From an uncultured candidate division Zixibacteria bacterium (GTDB taxonomy: Bacteria; Zixibacteria; MSB-5A5; UBA10806; 4484-95): DNA of 64,000 bases. How positions within the stretch are numbered: the stretch's first letter is position 1; each line of letters starts with the position of its first letter. Made by a program: the position numbers and the translations under genes. The stretch covers positions 896,001 to 960,000 of the forward strand of contig CAXXKA010000008.1 in the NCBI GenBank assembly GCA_963668625.2, in the 5' to 3' direction. The notes below the pieces were generated by a model. The model searched no databases. It saw only the letters and a list, made by a program, of their open reading frames with translations, and was not told the origin of the DNA. Below, piece by piece: positions 57,888 to 64,000 of this stretch.

Positions 57888-58973
57888 TTAGTTAGATTTC
57901 TTGAAATCCTCCATGAATTGAGCAACAGCCTGAGCGCCCTCTAATGTCATGGCATTGTACATCGATATCCTGACTCCACCGACACTGCGATGTCCCTTAA
58001 GGCCGACTAAACCTTTAGCCTTGGCCTCGGCGATCATCTTCTTCTCCAAATCCTCGTTGGGCAGGCGAAGAGTTAAATTCATCCAGCTACGGCTGTCTTT
58101 CTCGGCCGTGCCTTTGAAATAATCGGCGTTGTTATCGATCACATTGTAAACAGCATCCTTTTTCGCCTGGTTGATCTTCTCGATTGCCGGAAGACCACCC
58201 TGCTTTTTCACCCACTCGAACACCAGTTTCACGATATAGATAGCGAAACACGGGGGAGTGTTGTAAAGCGAGTTCTTGCCGGCCTGGGTTCTGTAATCCA
58301 GAAGAGCCGGGTTGCCGTCTTTGCATTTATCCAGCATATCCTGTTTCATGGCCACGAATGTGACACCGGCCGGGCCGAGGTTTTTCTGCGCGCCGGCGTA
58401 GATCATATCGTACTTCTTGTAGTCCCAGGTGCGCGAGCAGATATCGGAGGACATATCGGCGATTAACGGAATGCCGCCCGGATCGGGGATGTAGTGATAC
58501 TGCGTGCCCTTGATCGTGTTGTTGGTGGTGATATGCAGGTAAGCCGCGTTATCGGGGATATCCAGATCGGCCTGCTGCGGTATGAAACTATAACCTTTAT
58601 CCTTGGAGGAGGCAGCCTCGTATGCCTTACCGATAATGTTGGCCTCTTTAATAGCCTTGGACGACCAGGTGCCGGTATCGACATAAGCGCCGACCTTGCC
58701 CTCGGGCAGGAAATTGAACGGGATCATGGCGAACTGCATCGAGGCGCCAGCGGTTAAAAACAGAATCTTGTAGGTGTCATCCAGACCAAGCACCTCTTTA
58801 GCCAGCGACATGGCCTGGTTATTGATCTCGTCGAATTCCGGCGAGCGGTGTGAGCTCTCGATAATCGACATGCCGGTACCGCGATAATCCAGGAACTCCT
58901 CCTGCGCTATTTTTAAGACATCCAGGGGAAGAGTGCACGGACCGGGATTGAAATTAAATACTCTATTTGCCAT
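57888..58973 (-). CDS. serC: Phosphoserine aminotransferase
   Basis: NFNPGP, SHRS, DMSS, YAGAQKNLGPAG, NTPP, KGHRSVGGVRISMYNA. Start ATG 58973. Confidence 0.96.
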   Translation of the reverse strand: MANRVFNFNPGPCTLPLDVLKIAQEEFLDYRGTGMSIIESSHRSPEFDEINNQAMSLAKEVLGLDDTYKILFLTAGASMQFAMIPFNFLPEGKVGAYVDTGTWSSKAIKEANIIGKAYEAASSKDKGYSFIPQQADLDIPDNAAYLHITTNNTIKGTQYHYIPDPGGIPLIADMSSDICSRTWDYKKYDMIYAGAQKNLGPAGVTFVAMKQDMLDKCKDGNPALLDYRTQAGKNSLYNTPPCFAIYIVKLVFEWVKKQGGLPAIEKINQAKKDAVYNVIDNNADYFKGTAEKDSRSWMNLTLRLPNEDLEKKMIAEAKAKGLVGLKGHRSVGGVRISMYNAMTLEGAQAVAQFMEDFKKSN

Positions 58974-58992
58974 TGATATATCCTCGCGATTT

Positions 58993-59874
58993 TTAAAGTT
59001 CGTTTTTGACGTACTTACCAATTAACTCCTCGATGATATCACCGATACGGAGCAGGTTCTCTTTGGTAGAGGCGCCGATATGCGGAGTCATGACCACTTT
59101 GTCGGCATCTCTGAAAGGTGTGCTTTCCGGCGGATCGGAATACCAGACATCATTGCCGTAGCCGGCGAGCTTACCGCTCTTGAGAGCCTCGACAACATCC
59201 TGTTCGACAACGCATTTGCCGCGGCCGGTGTTGACCATGTAAGCGCCGTCCTTACAGTCGGCCAAGGTATTCTTGTTGATCATGCCGAGAGTATCCTCGG
59301 TTTGCGGCATGTTGATCGAGACGTAATCCGAGACAGCGAGAGTATCTTTGAGCGAACCTTTCATCTCGGCGATATCGTGCTTCTTGATGAACGGGTCGTA
59401 GGCGACTACTTTCATGCCGAACGCCTGGCCGCGTTTGGCGATCTCGGTACCGATTCTGCCGATACCCAGTACGCCCAGGGTTTTGCCGTAAAGCTCGGAA
59501 CGTTTGAGCTGCTTTTTCTCCCACTTGCCCTCTTTCATTGAGATATGGCCGGGTACGATATTGTTCGGCATGGCTATCATCAGCGCGAAAGCCAGCTCGG
59601 CAACCGCTATGGATGATGCGGCCGCGGTATTAAAAACCTTGATACCTTTTTCTTTGGCATAAACCTGATCGACATTATCCAGGCCGACTCCGCCGCGAAT
59701 GACCAGTTTCAGGTTGGGAGCGCCATCGATATATTCTTTGGTAACTTTGGTTTTACTGCGAATCAATATGACCTCAGCCTCCGGGATACGAGCTTTGTCA
59801 TCGGTGATCTCGCCGAATTTCGTCAGTTTCTCCGGTAAACCGGGATCGAATGCATCGGAAATTAAAATCAACAT
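58993..59874 (-). CDS. serA: D-3-phosphoglycerate dehydrogenase-like protein (short form, no ACT domain)
   Basis: RGGVGLDNVD, AVAELA, GIGRIG, NTGRG, TPHIGAST. Adjacent to serC. Confidence 0.82.
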   Translation of the reverse strand: MLILISDAFDPGLPEKLTKFGEITDDKARIPEAEVILIRSKTKVTKEYIDGAPNLKLVIRGGVGLDNVDQVYAKEKGIKVFNTAAASSIAVAELAFALMIAMPNNIVPGHISMKEGKWEKKQLKRSELYGKTLGVLGIGRIGTEIAKRGQAFGMKVVAYDPFIKKHDIAEMKGSLKDTLAVSDYVSINMPQTEDTLGMINKNTLADCKDGAYMVNTGRGKCVVEQDVVEALKSGKLAGYGNDVWYSDPPESTPFRDADKVVMTPHIGASTKENLLRIGDIIEELIGKYVKNEL

Positions 59875-59893
59875 AGGATGTTCCTTTATTCTA

Positions 59894-61135
59894 TTAATTG
59901 GTTAACAGGTTAACAACCATGCCGCTGCGAAGTTTCGGTTCAAACCATGTCGATTTGGGCGGCATTACCTCGCCGGCATCCGCAACATTTAACAGTTGTT
60001 CTATCGATGTTGGATAGAGTGAAAACGCTAACTGGTATTCACCCGAATCCACCAGTTTCATCAGTTCTTTAGTACCCCTAATACCGCCGACGAAATCAAT
60101 ACGTTTGTCGGTTTTGGGATTCTCGATTCCCAGAATCGGCGCGATCAGGTTATTCCCCAGTATGGCGGCATCGATGGAGTTGACCGGATCTTTAGGGTCG
60201 AATGAGCCGTCTTTAGCTATAAGCTCATACCATTTACCCTCAGTGTAAACGCCAAAGTGATGAGGCGTAGCCGGGGCCAGCTCGCCCTCGTGTATTTTTA
60301 TCTCGAATTTGTCTCCGGCCTGTTTGAATACCTCATCCATGGAGATCGTATTATCTTTCACGACACGGTTATAGGGCAGGATTTTCAACTCATCATCGGG
60401 GAATGAAACGGTCAGGAAAAAATTGTACGGCTCCTCGCCTGTGTGATTGGGATTACTCTCCTTATTGCGATGGCATATCTCGGAGGCGGACTGGCTTCTG
60501 TGATGGCCATCGGCGACATACAGGTAAGGCAGTTGATTGAAGCGCTCGGAGACTAAGGCGATAGTCTCGTTGTTATCGATAACCCAGAATTCATGCTTTA
60601 TACCGTCATCGGCCGTGAAATCTACCTGCGGTTTATCGGAGGTGATTTTGGCGAACAACTCTTTGATATTCTGGTTAGAGCGGAAAGTCAAAAAGACAGG
60701 ACCTACCTGAGCCTCTAAAAACGTAATGTGATTGGCGCGGTCGTTGACTTTCTCGGGGCGGGTGTGTTCGTGTTTCTTGATAAGACCTTTATCGTACTCC
60801 TCAACCGAGGCTAAAGCCACCAGGCCATGCTGAGCCCGGCCGTCCATGGTGAGACGATAGAGATAGAAACATGGTTTCTCATCGCGTATCATTATCTTAT
60901 CATCAATCAGCTTCTGAAGATTGTCTTTGCCCCGCTGGTATACCTGCCGGCTGTATTGATCGACATTGTCATCAAATTCCAGTTCAGCTTTATTAACGCG
61001 CAAAAATGATTTTGGATTATTGGCTGCCATTGCGCGAGCTTCTTTAGCATTTAAAACATCATAGGGGGGTGAGGCGACCTCGCCTGCGAATTCAGGCTTG
61101 GGTCTCAAGCCTTTGAACGGCTTTACTATCGACAT
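59894..61135 (-). CDS. DUF1015-family protein
   Basis: PFKGLRP, PPYDV, IKKHEHT, YVADGHHR, MPPKSTWFEPKLRSG. Confidence 0.9.
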   Translation of the reverse strand: MSIVKPFKGLRPKPEFAGEVASPPYDVLNAKEARAMAANNPKSFLRVNKAELEFDDNVDQYSRQVYQRGKDNLQKLIDDKIMIRDEKPCFYLYRLTMDGRAQHGLVALASVEEYDKGLIKKHEHTRPEKVNDRANHITFLEAQVGPVFLTFRSNQNIKELFAKITSDKPQVDFTADDGIKHEFWVIDNNETIALVSERFNQLPYLYVADGHHRSQSASEICHRNKESNPNHTGEEPYNFFLTVSFPDDELKILPYNRVVKDNTISMDEVFKQAGDKFEIKIHEGELAPATPHHFGVYTEGKWYELIAKDGSFDPKDPVNSIDAAILGNNLIAPILGIENPKTDKRIDFVGGIRGTKELMKLVDSGEYQLAFSLYPTSIEQLLNVADAGEVMPPKSTWFEPKLRSGMVVNLLTN

Positions 61136-61332
61136 GGAATACCTCCGTTTTATCGCGTACTCGTAATATTCAAATTAGATCAGAAAATAACAAAAATGCC
61201 GTAAAATCCAAGAACATTTATAGGGTTTAACGTAAATATTATCAGACTCATAAAGAAACGGAAAAGCCCGGAATGAAAATCGATTTCCGGGCTAATTGAT
61301 ATCTGCTAATCTATTGTATTACAATAGTATAT

Positions 61333-62684
61333 CTATTCGCATAGTGGCCAGCCATCGGGTGCGGTAGTAGGCACATCCTCGTCGCTGAGCCATTCCGGTG
61401 GAGTATCGGGGCAGTATAGAATCGGATTAATACCTCTGAAATGGTTAACGAAATAGGTTACATCACTACCGGTTGTGCTGCAATCGCCGTTTATATCCGC
61501 CGCTGCGAAGAAACCATTAAAGTTGCAGGGAATGCTTGCTGGTTTGCCACGGAAGAAGTTCACCAAATAGGTAATATCAGCCTGGCCGGTGCTGGGAGGC
61601 CAAGCAGCGTAGGCCATGTTGGCATCCCCGGGAAGATACTTGTAGGCATTTATAATCTTTAGAACTGGGAAATGTTGCGATAAGGAATATACCTTTGTTC
61701 CAGTTTAATCTGCTATATATGCAGGCGCTGAACTAAGAGTCAGACCTGTTCCTATAGCATCGTTAATTACGATATCATCAGGAGTTAAATTATCCCTGAT
61801 ATGAGCTTTGAATGTCATGAATTGAATCGGTGCTGATCCGGGGGTGAAGTAAAACGGTGATGGATCATATGGCACCGGGCCATCATTATAAGCTACGAAT
61901 GCTTTGCTGTCCCAGGTATTGCCCAGGCTGTCTATCATGAAATCATGATAAACCTCATTAAATGAAAACAGGTCCCAGTCATCGAATATATCGTAATTAT
62001 ATGTACAATCGGTGGCAAATGAATCTATATATGCGTTCACTAGTGTCCGGTGTTTTTCGTTAAATTTTAAATTTCTCCTTGGAATTGTTAATGAAAAATA
62101 TTTTCCGATATAATTATTTTATTCAGCGTATCATTCATCCTGACATATCCTGCCGATGTTAGGCTTGGTTTTCTGGTTTCCAAGCGCTGCTTGGAAACCT
62201 TCTTGAATCATGTAGAATGCGCATTCTGCCGGCAAACAAGCCACGTTGCGAAGCAGCGCTTCGCAACGAGATGAAAAGACCGGACAGTAGTGATATGCGT
62301 TGTTAATACCTAAAGATGTATAAGAGTCCCAGGGGCCTTCGCCATATAAATCCTCTAGCAACTACTATCCTCAACTAATAAACCAAAATTACGAGAATCC
62401 CACTGGATAATTATCCCAGTCGGGTCAAAGTGGCATAATTCCTGTAGAAAATAATCCGAGTAGATGTTATTTATTGCTATTGGGCAGTTGAAATATCCCC
62501 CGCCGACACTTGAGTCAAGCGCTACGAAATACACCGGAATATCAATGGTATCGTTTAAAGCTACCTCGATAGGCTCTCCTGCCGGGCCATCATTATCACC
62601 TACCAAAAACATAACCTGCTGAGCTGATACCGAGATGCTACTAATTAGGATACAGCAAGCGATTATCTTAGCCGTTTTGCTTAT
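61333..62684 (-). pseudogene. Disrupted exported beta-sandwich protein with dockerin-like C-terminus
   Basis: AAGGAG RBS followed by ATA (62684) and a signal peptide. Frameshift near 62357, REP-containing break about 62041-62270, in-frame TAA at 61705-61707. C-terminal domain homologous to that of 52980-54956. Confidence 0.7.
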
Positions 62685-63318
62685 AATACTCTCCTTGAAA
62701 TAGTTTTATTATAAAAATTCTACTTATTTTACATCATTTCGATAACTGTCAGCGATAAATCTCCGGTATGATAAAAGAGCTAAAATGGTGTGTTAAGTGT
62801 TTTTTGTGAGGTTTAAGTTAATTAACTTGACACTCATTCATCAATCATTTGCCGAAATCTTAATTTCACACCCTTCCTTCGATAAATTATTATTATTTAT
62901 TTATCGTTACTTAAAGAGCCATATGATTAATGTAATATTTTCAATCTACTCGTCAATTACTTAGAACTGATTGTTTTAGTATAGATAAAGCAATACATTA
63001 TTTATATAGCTTGGCAAAGAAATCATTAGTGTAGGAAAATAGAACTGAACTAAAGCAATGTTTGGAATATTATTCGGATCAAATCAGTTGAGCTAAGCCA
63101 TATATATGGCTGCAACTACGCCGATTGCCAGCGAGAGCACTATTATTACGATACCCAACACGACACGTTTCATGGCTACACCTCTGGTGTTGACCTGTTT
63201 ACGATTAATAATTTTTAGCTTACTCTCTCAGTCCAAACTGAAGATGCTGCAATAAAGATAGCATATGGCTTATTTTAGTCAAGCAAAATTTAAGTAAATG
63301 AGCAAGAGCTCGTGTCTA

Positions 63319-64000
63319 TTATTCAAGGGCTTTTTGCTTAGCTCTTTCGAGATTGGTTTTGTAGATATGAAAACTAGAATCATCGCTTTTAGCGGCTTTT
63401 TCAACAGCTTTAGCATAACTTTGCGCGGCCAGGTCGTATTGTTTATTCTCGTAATAAGCATCACCCAGGCTGTCAAATACATTTGCCGATTTCGGGTAGA
63501 GCCGGGTATTATGTTTGAATATTTTGATAGCCTCATCGATTTTATTTTCTCTTAATGCGCGATATCCCATAAGGTTGAGCATCTCTTCAGGCGGCTTTAT
63601 TTCGAAACCGAATCGCTCGGTAACCATTCGGTAATGCTGCTCGATAGCATCCAGGCCCTTATTTTGAATCTCCAGCGGCGGCCGTAGATCCTTGAATATC
63701 AACTCCAGACCCTGGTACAGGCTCAATAGCGGGGTGGAGAGATGGCTTTCACCCGGCATGTATTTATATTTCCACAGGAATTTCTCCGGGGCGTTAACCG
63801 CCAGCATATCCACGAAACGCTGCATCGGTTCGAGCATGCCATCGCCCTCATCGCCCATAGTCAGATACATGAACTTGTTCAACTCCCGGTTTTTGCTCAG
63901 AAAATTCCGGGTGTTTCTTATCAGCATATCGTTTTGCCAATCCAGGGGCGCGCTTATGATAATATAGGCGTCGAACAAATCCGGCATGGTGTACATCGAG
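63319..64000 (-). CDS. Alpha/beta-hydrolase (esterase) C-terminal part with TPR domain, 5' part outside the window
   Basis: FDAYIIISAPL, YLTMG.E, GESHLS, then TPR (LNLMGY..L; YPKSANVFDSLGDAY). Confidence 0.8.
   Translation of the reverse strand, partial: SMYTMPDLFDAYIIISAPLDWQNDMLIRNTRNFLSKNRELNKFMYLTMGDEGDGMLEPMQRFVDMLAVNAPEKFLWKYKYMPGESHLSTPLLSLYQGLELIFKDLRPPLEIQNKGLDAIEQHYRMVTERFGFEIKPPEEMLNLMGYRALRENKIDEAIKIFKHNTRLYPKSANVFDSLGDAYYENKQYDLAAQSYAKAVEKAAKSDDSSFHIYKTNLERAKQKALE

Noticed and set aside
61705-61707. In-frame stop as recoding (Sec, Pyl or alternative code)
   Set aside because: It is TAA, in a gene with other lesions. All three stop codons terminate normal genes in this window.
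977-63967. Many short antisense or nested ORFs in the track (e.g. 977-1429, 11783-12298, 20155-20742, 53007-53639)
   Set aside because: They shadow well-supported genes on the other strand or frame and show no recognisable motifs.

Overview
Bacterial chromosomal window, mostly housekeeping and metabolic genes. The lineage cannot be determined here; dockerin-like C-terminal domains suggest candidate phylum Zixibacteria or a relative (inference). It holds a Pho block (phoB-phoR-porin-pstSCAB-phoU) with 11-bp Pho-box-like repeats, a 2-oxoacid dehydrogenase operon with an embedded thioesterase, an intact IS110 element, a tRNA-His/hisS operon, an Rrf2-DsrM/K-like module, DUF1015-serA-serC, several peptidases and REP-like repeats. 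Top finding: a minus-strand operon (46755-50619) in which an M16C (PreP-like) metallopeptidase is followed by three small peptides of 107, 41 and 52 aa, the 41-aa one missing from the ORF track. All three have Asp at position 8 and every 11 residues after it, then a 22-aa tail ending D-[IA]-G-D-[VML]-L-[AD]-E. This looks like an undescribed multi-core RiPP or peptide-signal system. Second: the tRNA-His lacks an encoded G-1 and has U72/A73, and lies directly upstream of an alphaproteobacterial-type HisRS. Third: the IS110 sits inside a Shine-Dalgarno AGGAG, and its circle-junction promoter and candidate bridge-RNA guides can be read from the sequence. All calls come from reading motifs; no database searches were run.
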